Source: an uncultured Candidatus Saccharibacteria bacterium (GTDB lineage Bacteria; Patescibacteriota; Saccharimonadia; Saccharimonadales; Saccharimonadaceae). From it: a stretch of 64,000 nucleotides of DNA. The stretch is from contig CAZKUW010000002.1 of assembly GCA_964556125.1 (NCBI GenBank), forward strand, positions 37,380 through 101,379, read 5' to 3'. The notes below the pieces were generated by a model. The model was not told the DNA's origin. It made no database searches and was given only the letters and a program-made list of their open reading frames with translations. This document shows positions 38,013 through 46,118 of the stretch, in pieces; the first letter of the stretch is position 1, and every line of letters begins with the position of its first letter. Both the position numbers and the translations under genes were made by a program.

Positions 38013-38847
38013 GTTACAGAAACTTTTTAAGGTGTCACGACCGATTTCTTGGGTAAACACCGCCTATCCTTTTGCAGCAGGGTATTTATTACTTGGTGGT
38101 CATGTTGATCCTGTCTTTATAATCGGCAGCCTCTTCTTCCTAATTCCTTACAACATTTTGATGTACGGCATAAATGACGTTTTCGATTATGAGTCCGACA
38201 TTCGCAACCCTCGAAAGGGAAGTATCGAGGGTGCTGTGGAGTCAAAACAGTTCCACCCGTTTATCATTAAGGCGTCGCTCATTTCAACCCTCCCTTTTGT
38301 TGTCATCTTAGCGTTTTTGATCCCATGGTATGCACTCCTGACACTCATAGGTGTGTTGTTCTTTGTCGTTGCTTATAGCGTAAAAGGACTTCGTTTTAAG
38401 GAAATACCGTTTATCGATTCCATCACTAGTAGCCTGCACTTTGTTGGACCACTTATTGTTGCTATGGCAATATTCGGTTTCCCTCAAGTCGCGTGGCCAT
38501 TCGTTGCCGCCTTCTTCTTATGGGGAATGGCGAGCCATGCATTTGGTGCTGTTCAAGACATTATTCCAGATCGAAAAGGGCATCTGGCATCGATTGCAAC
38601 GGTGCTCGGAGCTCGGTCAACGGTTGGCGTGAGCTTCCTACTGTACTTGCTCAGTTCGATTATTCTCGCTGAAAAAGGTCACAACGTCTTCGTTGCTGTC
38701 ATCGGCTTATTGTACGTACTAAATGTCCTGCCGTATCTTCGTGTTACGGATAAGACATCCCAAAAAACAAATAAAGGATGGCGCCGGTTTATCTGGATCA
38801 ACTACGCAGCTGGCGCGATGATCACCCTGAGCCTTATTTTTATCTAA
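38002..38847 (+). CDS. UbiA-family prenyltransferase (lycopene elongase CrtEb-like candidate)
   Basis: 281 aa, polytopic, with NDVFDYESD (NDxxDxxxD) and a second Asp-rich site AVQDIIPD. Overlaps the cyclase gene by 11 nt. Confidence 0.7.
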   Translation: MLNKLQKLFKVSRPISWVNTAYPFAAGYLLLGGHVDPVFIIGSLFFLIPYNILMYGINDVFDYESDIRNPRKGSIEGAVESKQFHPFIIKASLISTLPFVVILAFLIPWYALLTLIGVLFFVVAYSVKGLRFKEIPFIDSITSSLHFVGPLIVAMAIFGFPQVAWPFVAAFFLWGMASHAFGAVQDIIPDRKGHLASIATVLGARSTVGVSFLLYLLSSIILAEKGHNVFVAVIGLLYVLNVLPYLRVTDKTSQKTNKGWRRFIWINYAAGAMITLSLIFI

Positions 38848-39314
38848 ACACCAAAACCTTCTTGAAGCGCCGCTTGTCTGGCCATCTTTGCCTGCTTTTC
38901 GACAGCAGCAATGCCGATCACCTCAGCAAATACTTTCACACGGGCGACATGATTGATTTCGACACCCTCACTTAATAAGCGCCAGTAACTGTCAAAGTCA
39001 TTCACAAAACTAAGCGAATCGACAGGAGCTTTAAAGACCTCAACACACCCCCCTCCGGCTCGCATCATAGAGGGATCTTCTTCAAAGTAGCTGTATCCAT
39101 TGATCCATACCTGAATAGGACGATCATCTGTTCGCTTGATCGATAAGAAATTGTCCTCGCGGACGAGTCCTAAGCGAGCCCGGCCCACATCATCACCGGA
39201 AAAAACATTCTCTATTTGAATAACATCTCGAAAAGTAGGGACACCTAAAGTAAACTCCCCACGCTCAATGGCGCTCAAATCAGGTGAGTGGAACGTCTCG
39301 CGATATCCTGGCAT
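38844..39314 (-). CDS. hypothetical protein (156 aa)
   Basis: ORF with TATAAT 8 nt upstream of the ATG. No family recognised. Confidence 0.5.
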   Translation of the reverse strand: MPGYRETFHSPDLSAIERGEFTLGVPTFRDVIQIENVFSGDDVGRARLGLVREDNFLSIKRTDDRPIQVWINGYSYFEEDPSMMRAGGGCVEVFKAPVDSLSFVNDFDSYWRLLSEGVEINHVARVKVFAEVIGIAAVEKQAKMARQAALQEGFGV

Positions 39315-39411
39315 ATTTATATATTATACCATTTTTTCAACATAAGGAAAACACCCCGCCAGCTACGACGAGGTGCTCCCGGTCGGAGTGGCGAGGTGTG
39401 AGCTCGCTGTT

Positions 39412-40020
39412 CTATCCGCGCAACAGCCAGGCAAGGAGGCGACGAGGTCGCTGCTCCTGCTTAGGCGTGTAGTGCGTGTCGACACGCCGACCTGCCTTGA
39501 TGGTCTGGCCGCCGGCCAGCTTGACGTGAGCATCGATCGTCACGTTCTGGGCCACGACGATGTCGTTTCCCATAGTGACGAAGTTGCCGATGCGGCTGTT
39601 CTTGCCGAGCGTGACGTTGCCGCCAGCCTGGAAGTTCTTGCCGATCACGACACCATCCTCGATGGTGGAGTTGGGACCGATGTCGCAGGACCAGCCGATC
39701 ACGACGTTGTTGCCGACCGTGATGTTGGTGTCCATGCAGACACTGCCCTCGAACTCCGTGTGATGACCGATCTTCACCCAGGCAAGCTGGGTGTCGAAAC
39801 CGATCTTGGAGAAATCGCCGATGACGATCTCCATGAACTCGCAACCGTTCCCGATCACGACGTTGTTGCCGATGTGCACGTCATCCTTGAACCAGACGTT
39901 GTGCCCGATGGTGACGTGGTCACCGACGGTGAAGCTCCCCCCGACCTTCACCTCAACGACAGAGCCGTCAGGGTTTGTGTGCGAGTAGGTAGTTAGTGTA
40001 TCCAAGATGGATGCCCCCAA
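39412..40020 (-). CDS. GC-rich islet E: left-handed beta-helix (hexapeptide-repeat) protein
   Basis: Tandem [LIV]-G-x4 repeats (VTIGHNVWF.DDVHIGNNVVIGNGCEF...VGNNVVIGWSCDIGPNSTIEDGVVIGKN). GC3-rich. The start is uncertain: TTG at 40020 or a downstream TTG. Confidence 0.65.
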   Translation of the reverse strand: MGASILDTLTTYSHTNPDGSVVEVKVGGSFTVGDHVTIGHNVWFKDDVHIGNNVVIGNGCEFMEIVIGDFSKIGFDTQLAWVKIGHHTEFEGSVCMDTNITVGNNVVIGWSCDIGPNSTIEDGVVIGKNFQAGGNVTLGKNSRIGNFVTMGNDIVVAQNVTIDAHVKLAGGQTIKAGRRVDTHYTPKQEQRPRRLLAWLLRG

Positions 40021-40060
40021 TGATTGCGTGTCGAATTGTGGAAGAACAACTTACACCATA

Positions 40061-40089
40061 ATTTTATCATAAATGGATCCAAAAGTCAA
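40061..40089 (-). promoter_or_regulatory. promoter of islet E (TTGACT-17 bp-TAAAAT)
   Basis: Read on the minus strand: TTGACT, a 17-nt spacer, then TAAAAT, about 40 nt upstream of the ORF. Confidence 0.5.
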
Positions 40090-40123
40090 TATTTGGAAGG
40101 TAGTTAACAGTAGTAGAGGTAAA

Positions 40124-40648
40124 TTATTCTACGACAGGAGCCTGTCCCTTTGGACGCGAAAGTATCAATCGAATAGCGATATATATCACGCCTACAATGA
40201 GTGTCGTTGTGATAGCGACAGTCATTTCATATTCTTTACGATTAACTCTAAATACAGGAACTGACGAATTGTTATCTTGAGGCTTTAATGCTGAACAAAC
40301 GATACTTTGGTCAGATGTCGCATTACTCGGTGCTTTATAATCAAACTTCCCGTCGAATACGCAGCCTAATATCTTCGTGTCATCAATAGCGCTACAGTCA
40401 CGAGGTTGAAAGACATTTAGGTTGGGATCCTGGACTCTGCTATCAGCACACATTTGAAGACTAGTGTAGTTTTTAGCTATCGGGTACTGCGGCAAAAGTA
40501 CATCTACCGCGAGAGGGCTTAAGACAAAATAAAACAATACCCCGAATACTGCGAGACAAAAGAAAAAGAGCGGGCTGAGTATTTTTGTTATCGTCCGTCG
40601 TCGATTGCTTCCAGAGACAAAAGACCAAATAGTATCAAATGATGGCAT
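40124..40648 (-). CDS. membrane protein (174 aa; N- and C-terminal TM helices, Cys-containing ectodomain)
   Basis: TM helices ILSPLFFFCLAVFGVLFYFVL and TTTLIVGVIYIAIRLIL. No family recognised. Confidence 0.55.
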   Translation of the reverse strand: MPSFDTIWSFVSGSNRRRTITKILSPLFFFCLAVFGVLFYFVLSPLAVDVLLPQYPIAKNYTSLQMCADSRVQDPNLNVFQPRDCSAIDDTKILGCVFDGKFDYKAPSNATSDQSIVCSALKPQDNNSSVPVFRVNRKEYEMTVAITTTLIVGVIYIAIRLILSRPKGQAPVVE

Positions 40649-40668
40649 ATTTCTTATGGTAGCACGGC

Positions 40669-41391
40669 TTAAACGTGATTAAACAATTCTACCCACTGAT
40701 GGAGTCTCATTTCTGACGGCTTGATACCTTCAGGGAGCCCCACCGCTTCTCGTGGCGCTTTCGCAAATAGCTTTGGGTCAGAGAAACAGCCTTCAATGAA
40801 TTTCCGATATTCAGGCATTTTCTCTAGTGGAATAAATGGCTCATCACGCTTTTTTATCTCGATAAGTGCAGTGTCGACATTCGGATGAGGGAAATAGTCA
40901 GTCCGTTTGAGTGGACGACGAATCCTCACTCCAAAAGTGGGGCCGATCATCATACCAAGCTGCCCAGTGAAGCGATCAGAGTTTGGTAGCAATTTATTGG
41001 CAAATTGTTTTTGAACAATGAGATACGCCGCAGTAGGGGGGTGGGGATCCTCAGTGATTTTACGGACGATTGGTGAGCTAAGGTGAAAGGGAATATTGGC
41101 AAATATCTTATACGGCTTGCTCGGGAGTTTTAAATCAAGAAAGTCTGTCTCGGTGACAAACACGTTCGGATACCGTTCCATGTTCTCACGAAGTTTTCCT
41201 GCCATGCGTGGTTCAAACTCGATCGCCTCGACGCGCTTTACTTTCCCGGCAAGGACCGCCGATATTGCACCACTTCCTGCACCGATGTCATAAACAACGT
41301 CGTTTGACTTTATATTGGTATGTCCGATGAGTTCTTTAATAAAGTCCGGACTGCGGAGGAAGTATTGAGAATAGTGCGCAAGGCGTTTCAT
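40669..41391 (-). CDS. erm: Erm-like 23S rRNA (adenine-N6)-methyltransferase
   Basis: By-eye alignment to ErmC: YSQYFLRSPDFIKELI vs HSQNFITSKHNIDKIM; YDIGAGSGA vs FEIGSGKGH; YKIFANIPFHLSSPIVRKI vs YKIFGNIPYNISTDIIRKI; AYLIVQKQFANKLL vs IYLIVEYGFAKRLL. The 240-aa length fits Erm better than KsgA. Confidence 0.7.
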   Translation of the reverse strand: MKRLAHYSQYFLRSPDFIKELIGHTNIKSNDVVYDIGAGSGAISAVLAGKVKRVEAIEFEPRMAGKLRENMERYPNVFVTETDFLDLKLPSKPYKIFANIPFHLSSPIVRKITEDPHPPTAAYLIVQKQFANKLLPNSDRFTGQLGMMIGPTFGVRIRRPLKRTDYFPHPNVDTALIEIKKRDEPFIPLEKMPEYRKFIEGCFSDPKLFAKAPREAVGLPEGIKPSEMRLHQWVELFNHV

Positions 41392-41410
41392 ACTTAAGTG
41401 ATTATACCTT

Positions 41411-41454
41411 AAAAATGAAGCGCCGGCCTCCCTCGAACATAAGGGGGGCCGGCG
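41411..41454 (-). terminator. intrinsic terminator of islet F
   Basis: Read on the minus strand: CGCCGGCC(CCCC..GGGA)GGCCGGCG followed by CTTCATTTTT. Confidence 0.7.
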
Positions 41455-41469
41455 ACTTCGGACATGAGC

Positions 41470-41943
41470 CTAGCGGCTCACGAGTCCCTCGAGGGTCTTG
41501 ACGAAGCCCTCGGGGCCGGAGAACAACGCGTCCTGGTCATCCTGCTCGTAGCCGTTGTCGGGCAGGATCAGGGTGGCGAAGCGGATCGACCGCATCATCA
41601 CACAGACCGGGCCGGTCTTCTTCGGGTCGATGTAGCGCAGGTTGTAGAACCCGAACGCGACCTCGTGACTCGTCGAGAGGCGGTAGAGGATCAGGTCGGC
41701 CGGACCGATCGCCTCCGTGTCGAGCTCCTCCTGGAAGATGAGGAACTCGAACTGCGCGGCGGGGTGCGGCTTGATCTGGAAGTCCTCGGGGTGAGGGAAG
41801 ATCGTTGCCATTCCCTCGACGGCGCCGACGAGTCCGTGCTCCTTGATCAGGGGCAGGACGGCGTCGAGCGAGTCGATCAGAGCCTGCTTGCGCGCGTTGA
41901 AGACGCGCACGCGGGGGTCGGTGAACAACATCGTGTCAGTCAT
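41470..41943 (-). CDS. GC-rich islet F: hypothetical protein (157 aa)
   Basis: GC3-rich frame. MTDTMLFTDPRVRVFNARKQALIDSLD.... No family recognised. Confidence 0.6.
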   Translation of the reverse strand: MTDTMLFTDPRVRVFNARKQALIDSLDAVLPLIKEHGLVGAVEGMATIFPHPEDFQIKPHPAAQFEFLIFQEELDTEAIGPADLILYRLSTSHEVAFGFYNLRYIDPKKTGPVCVMMRSIRFATLILPDNGYEQDDQDALFSGPEGFVKTLEGLVSR

Positions 41944-42023
41944 GCGTTATCTCTTCTCAGTAATGTCCAAAGTCCTTGCGGAGCTTGGACTATCGGGTAG
42001 TGCCTAAGCTCTCGCTTAATATT

Positions 42024-42052
42024 ATTATAGCACTTTCAATCAATAAAGTCAA
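42024..42052 (-). promoter_or_regulatory. consensus promoter of islet F (TTGACT-17 bp-TGcTATAAT)
   Basis: Read on the minus strand: TTGACT, a 17-nt spacer ending in TGC, then TATAAT. Confidence 0.65.
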
Positions 42053-42079
42053 TCTGACGTTTTATCATATGTCCATAAC

Positions 42080-42117
42080 GAAGTGGAGCCCGCGCCCGAA
42101 GGAGCGGACTCCACTTC
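42080..42117 (-). terminator. GC-rich hairpin terminating islet G
   Basis: GAAGTGGAG(C)CCGC...GCGG(A)CTCCACTTC, a stem of about 14 bp lying 14 nt after the stop codon. Confidence 0.6.
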
Positions 42118-42130
42118 GGACACGGGCGTG

Positions 42131-42760
42131 TCAGATGAACGAACGAGGGTAGGTCGTGTCAGAGACCACCTCGTACGTGGCGTAGGTCTCTTCCGAGTCA
42201 TCCTGTTCATGAACGGTGATGCGCAGCACACGTACGCGCTGGAGGAAGGCCGCTCCGGGGTAGTCGGTCGCTTCGAAAACGAGCGACTTTTCTTCTCCAT
42301 CCCGAGAACCATGGATCACCTTGATGTGATACAGGTTGAGGTCCTCAGTGATCGCCTGCAGGTGGACGAAGAAGTTGTGCTCGGCGATCCCCGACATGTT
42401 CGAGCTGATCGGCGCATGTGATCGAACGAACGAACCACCTGCGAGCGACAGCGTCGCGACCTGAACTCTGAGTGGCTCTCCCAGCGTTGACCCGCCGTGA
42501 TGCGGGCCAGCGTGGTTGAGGTCAGAGAGTCGGAACAGCTCGAACTTGTCAGGAACGTCCCAGACCAGATCGAAGCCGTGAAGGGCACTAGCGACGATCT
42601 CGTCGTCAGGCGGATAGCCCGCATCGATCCAGTCTGCGAGCTGCTCCTCGGTCGGTACGTGGATGCGACGCATCCACGAGGGGACCGGTGCGGTTCCAGG
42701 CTGCACCTTCCGAGGGTGCCGGCGGACAGGCGTTTTCTTTTTTTCGTTTCCCTGATTCAT
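42131..42760 (-). CDS. GC-rich islet G: hypothetical protein (209 aa, basic N-terminus)
   Basis: ATG 42760 is preceded by GAAAGAGAG. MNQGNEKKKTPVRRHPRKV.... GC3-rich. The track ORF is extended to a GTG at 42814. Confidence 0.6.
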   Translation of the reverse strand: MNQGNEKKKTPVRRHPRKVQPGTAPVPSWMRRIHVPTEEQLADWIDAGYPPDDEIVASALHGFDLVWDVPDKFELFRLSDLNHAGPHHGGSTLGEPLRVQVATLSLAGGSFVRSHAPISSNMSGIAEHNFFVHLQAITEDLNLYHIKVIHGSRDGEEKSLVFEATDYPGAAFLQRVRVLRITVHEQDDSEETYATYEVVSDTTYPRSFI

Positions 42761-42840
42761 CTGCTCTCTTTCTAGGTGGGTGGATGTGCTGCCATGATCG
42801 AATCTTGGAAGCACGACACCAGCCCAGAAAGAGTACTATA

Positions 42841-42869
42841 GTTATACTAACAACCCTTTATAAGGTCAA
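42841..42869 (-). promoter_or_regulatory. promoter of islet G (TTGACC-17 bp-TATAAC)
   Basis: Read on the minus strand: TTGACC, a 17-nt spacer, then TATAAC. Confidence 0.45.
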
Positions 42870-42888
42870 CCTTAAACGAAATAGAGTA

Positions 42889-43446
42889 TTATTCGTTCTC
42901 TTTAATAATTACTGCGCCCATGCGCACAATTTCGATCGCGTCATCAATCACCCGAATAATCGTAGATGGCTCACTGTTTACCACGCCGCCATCTTCATAC
43001 CATTTGACATCGTTTCCAAAATAGGCTTTTGCTTCAGCAACGGTTGTCGCTGGAGGTTCACCTGGTTGATTGGCGCTACTGGTCACAAGAGGACCTGTTT
43101 CCTTTAATAGCTTCTGCAACCATGGATCATCGGGGATACGGACTGCCACACTACCAACACCCTGATGGATATAGTCGAGCTCAGGACCACATAGGGTAAT
43201 AACACTGACGGCTCCTGGCCAAAATTGCTCCACAGCAGTCAAATAACGCTTTTTAAAGCCCAGCTCGACCAATTGATCGATATTTGCCGCAACGAGTGTA
43301 CCAGGCTTGTGTTCACGGTGTTTCAAAGCGTAGAGCGCAGCAACCGCTTCACGATCTTGAGCACGAGCAACAACTCCATACACAGTGTCGGTCGGGATAA
43401 CAGCTATACTGCCAGGCATCAAGAGAAAAGAGGTCAGTGAAGTCAT
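42889..43446 (-). CDS. tsaC: L-threonylcarbamoyladenylate synthase (TsaC/YrdC domain)
   Basis: IAVIPTDTVYGVVARA, HREHKPGTLV and VTSSANQPGEPPAT. The start is placed at the internal ATG 43446. Confidence 0.8.
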   Translation of the reverse strand: MTSLTSFLLMPGSIAVIPTDTVYGVVARAQDREAVAALYALKHREHKPGTLVAANIDQLVELGFKKRYLTAVEQFWPGAVSVITLCGPELDYIHQGVGSVAVRIPDDPWLQKLLKETGPLVTSSANQPGEPPATTVAEAKAYFGNDVKWYEDGGVVNSEPSTIIRVIDDAIEIVRMGAVIIKENE

Positions 43447-43500
43447 ACAGATATGGTAGGTCAAGAAATCAGGTCAGTCAAATACTACAGTTCTCAAAGC

Positions 43501-44214
43501 CTAAACTCCTGAGACACCGAAAAAACTACCAATACCATAGGTGATTATCATTGCGACAGCACCTCCAGAGACAACACGAAGAATAGACGTTACTTTACTT
43601 GTCCCGCCCAGCTTCGCGCTCAAAAAGCCCGTAATAATAAGTGCCGCGATGACCGAGGCAAAGGTTACAGGAACCGTTAAGCTTCCTATAGGTAACATGA
43701 CCGCAGCGAGCGGGATAGCAGAGCCGATCAAAAAGGCGACAGCCGATGCGAATGCAGCCCGCCAAGCGCTGGTCAGGTTATTCGGATCGATAGAGAGTTC
43801 AGCATCGACATGTGCAGCGAACGCATCCTTTTTTGTCAGCTCGGTCGCTACAAGACGAGCTGTACTTGGCTTGAGGCCTTTGTACTCATAGATAGATGCG
43901 AGTTCATCGAGTTCTGACTCGGGTTTCGTCTTAAGTTCTTCTCGTTCCTTTTTAAGGAGTGTTTTTTCGATATCGCGTTGTGTACTAACCGATACATATT
44001 CACCGGCCGCCATAGATAAAGCGCCCGCCACAATTCCAGCGACACCAGCGGTCAAAATAATCAGTTTAGAATCTGTTGCTCCGGCGACACCCACTACCAA
44101 TCCTGCAATCGAGACGATACCGTCGTTTGAGCCAAGGACTGCGGCGCGTAGCCAGTTTGAGCGTGCACTCAATTGCTTCGCATGATGGGGAGTATAAAGT
44201 GTTTGTTTAGTCAT
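43501..44214 (-). CDS. VIT1/CCC1-family iron/manganese transporter
   Basis: SNWLRAAVLGSNDGIVSIAGLVVGVAGA and AGALSMAAGEYVSVSTQRD. Confidence 0.8.
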   Translation of the reverse strand: MTKQTLYTPHHAKQLSARSNWLRAAVLGSNDGIVSIAGLVVGVAGATDSKLIILTAGVAGIVAGALSMAAGEYVSVSTQRDIEKTLLKKEREELKTKPESELDELASIYEYKGLKPSTARLVATELTKKDAFAAHVDAELSIDPNNLTSAWRAAFASAVAFLIGSAIPLAAVMLPIGSLTVPVTFASVIAALIITGFLSAKLGGTSKVTSILRVVSGGAVAMIITYGIGSFFGVSGV

Positions 44215-44266
44215 GTCTTCAATATAGCACTCTCAGGCGCAGTCGTTATAAATATTGGATAATAGT

Positions 44267-44803
44267 ATGAAGCATGGTATAAATATGGTTATGCATACCA
44301 CAGAAGAAACACATGATATTCAAACAAAACACCACCGTCTCGTTATTCAAAGTTTTCGCGCTAAAGCCGATGCGAAACGAACACTTGCTGACAGATTCGC
44401 CGACAAATTAACCGCTAGATTTGGTACCGTATTATTCCTTGCTCTTAACGCACTCTGGTTTTTGGTTTGGATTGTCGTCAACACCAACTTGATCCCTGGT
44501 ATCCCGGCATTTGACCCCTTCCCATTCGGTCTCTTAACGATGATCGTCTCTCTTGAAGCCATCTTCCTAGCGATTATCGTTTTGATCTCACAAAACCGTG
44601 CGGCGAAAGTTGCCGAACTCCGTGAAGAAGTTGCGCTTCAAATCAACTCGATTGCAGAGACAGAAGTCTCAAAGAGTATCATGATGCTTCGATTGTTGCT
44701 TGAAAAAAATGGCATCGAACTAGATGACCCCGATATCGCCGACATGGTTCGCCCAATCCGAAGTTCTGACATTCAACGAATGCTCGAAAAACAATTAAAA
44801 TAA
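44267..44803 (+). CDS. DUF1003 membrane protein
   Basis: FGTVLFLALNALWFLVWIVVN...FDPFPFGLLTMIVSLEAIFLAIIVLISQNR. Confidence 0.7.
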   Translation: MKHGINMVMHTTEETHDIQTKHHRLVIQSFRAKADAKRTLADRFADKLTARFGTVLFLALNALWFLVWIVVNTNLIPGIPAFDPFPFGLLTMIVSLEAIFLAIIVLISQNRAAKVAELREEVALQINSIAETEVSKSIMMLRLLLEKNGIELDDPDIADMVRPIRSSDIQRMLEKQLK

Positions 44804-44809
44804 TCTCGT

Positions 44810-45367
44810 CTAATTCTTTCTCAAACGGGCAAAACCTATACTACTTGCCATGCCTATCACGAGCGCTGTGATGCCAACTACATATCCCGCCACATTTGCG
44901 ACGTATGCCATGCTATCGAAGGCGTAAGCGTTCAGCAACATTCCCCTCAGAGTCTCACCCCGGAATATGGTATCAACTTTAGCAACGAGTTCTGCATTTG
45001 ATGGATCTTTCATTGCTTGAGCACTTAACTCTGAATAGGTCTTACCGTCACCAATCCTTGAGACATGAACTGCGATGTAATGATCAGCGAATACTTCAGC
45101 CTGCAGGCCGTCTACGAGTTGTTGGCCCGCATACTGTGACACCAGATCTTTATCTCCACTTGGTAATGCATTCATCTCAGGGCTATCAAGAGTAGGGAAG
45201 AAGATCCTCTGTCTCTCTAGCTGACTCGACACCTGACCATGAAGAAAGTTATAGGTGACAAACAGACCCAAAGAGATACTCGCCAGCATTATAGCGATAC
45301 AGACACCGATGACTGAAACCCCTTTCAGGACAGTGGAGCGAGATATATTCATAAGAATGATACCCAA
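44810..45367 (-). CDS. membrane protein (185 aa), function unknown
   Basis: N- and C-terminal TM helices around an ectodomain. Overlaps the upstream VKOR gene by 19 nt, suggesting an operon. Confidence 0.55.
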   Translation of the reverse strand: MGIILMNISRSTVLKGVSVIGVCIAIMLASISLGLFVTYNFLHGQVSSQLERQRIFFPTLDSPEMNALPSGDKDLVSQYAGQQLVDGLQAEVFADHYIAVHVSRIGDGKTYSELSAQAMKDPSNAELVAKVDTIFRGETLRGMLLNAYAFDSMAYVANVAGYVVGITALVIGMASSIGFARLRKN

Positions 45368-45972
45368 TACTCACGAAACTGAATAAGGACCAGTACTATG
45401 AACGCGACGTACCATACACTCCCGATAATCACACGATTTTTAGAGATATAGGCGACAACATTACTAGTGCTTCTGGTAACTTTTTTATGATCAAGGTGTG
45501 CATATTCACTTATCAGTGATAAGAACAAAAGTGGTGTTGTGAGCCAAATAGAGAGACACCAAGGACAAATGACATGCAGCACAAAGAGACTTTGGATGAT
45601 TAAATAATGTACGAAGACTAGTCCTAGTATCGAAAATACGAGCAATGTTTTCCATATGACCCGCGGGAAACGAACATTTAAGAGCAGTAGTCCCGCAACA
45701 ACCACCAACGCCATGTACAACATGACGCCAAAGAGACTATTTGGTACACCAAGTATTTCTGACTGTTCTGATGACATAGCCGACATACACGAGATGATCG
45801 GATTAATACTGCAGGCAGGCACAAAATCTGGCTCTTGGAGAAGTCGGATCTTATCAATTGTCAGTACGAACGATGCCAGCAAACCAACAACGCCGCTGAA
45901 TAGTATGACGATGCTATTTCGATGAGTGTTAAGGAATAAAATGAGAGTTTTAAGTGTGCGCGAACTATTCAT
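45349..45972 (-). CDS. vitamin K epoxide reductase (VKOR) family protein
   Basis: A loop Cys pair (ACSINPIISC) followed by the redox motif CPWC in a TM helix. About five TM helices in total. Confidence 0.75.
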   Translation of the reverse strand: MNSSRTLKTLILFLNTHRNSIVILFSGVVGLLASFVLTIDKIRLLQEPDFVPACSINPIISCMSAMSSEQSEILGVPNSLFGVMLYMALVVVAGLLLLNVRFPRVIWKTLLVFSILGLVFVHYLIIQSLFVLHVICPWCLSIWLTTPLLFLSLISEYAHLDHKKVTRSTSNVVAYISKNRVIIGSVWYVAFIVLVLIQFREYWVSFL

Positions 45973-46118
45973 AGATATATAGTGAACGTCTTATACAGTC
46001 ATGTCAGTGACAATAATCACACATATAGGAAGTTACGCTGCACATTCAACGTGTTAATTGTTGCGGATCTTAAAGATTTATCCTAAAATAACGTTAAGGA
46101 AATAATAAAAAAACAAAC

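Noticed and set aside
39373-39996. 207-aa plus-strand ORF, plus the 127-aa (39461..39844), 67-aa (39560..39763) and 65-aa (39791..39988) ORFs, overlapping islet E
   Set aside because: These are alternative-frame and antisense artefacts typical of GC-rich DNA. Only the minus-strand frame of 39412..40020 gives regular hexapeptide repeats.
41464-42000. 178-aa plus-strand ORF antisense to islet F, and the ORFs 42049..42312 -, 42083..42421 +, 42316..42624 - and 42497..42775 + overlapping islet G
   Set aside because: They have Arg/Glu/Asp/Val-rich low-information composition, no RBS or promoter in the right orientation, and the promoters and terminators found fit the minus-strand genes.
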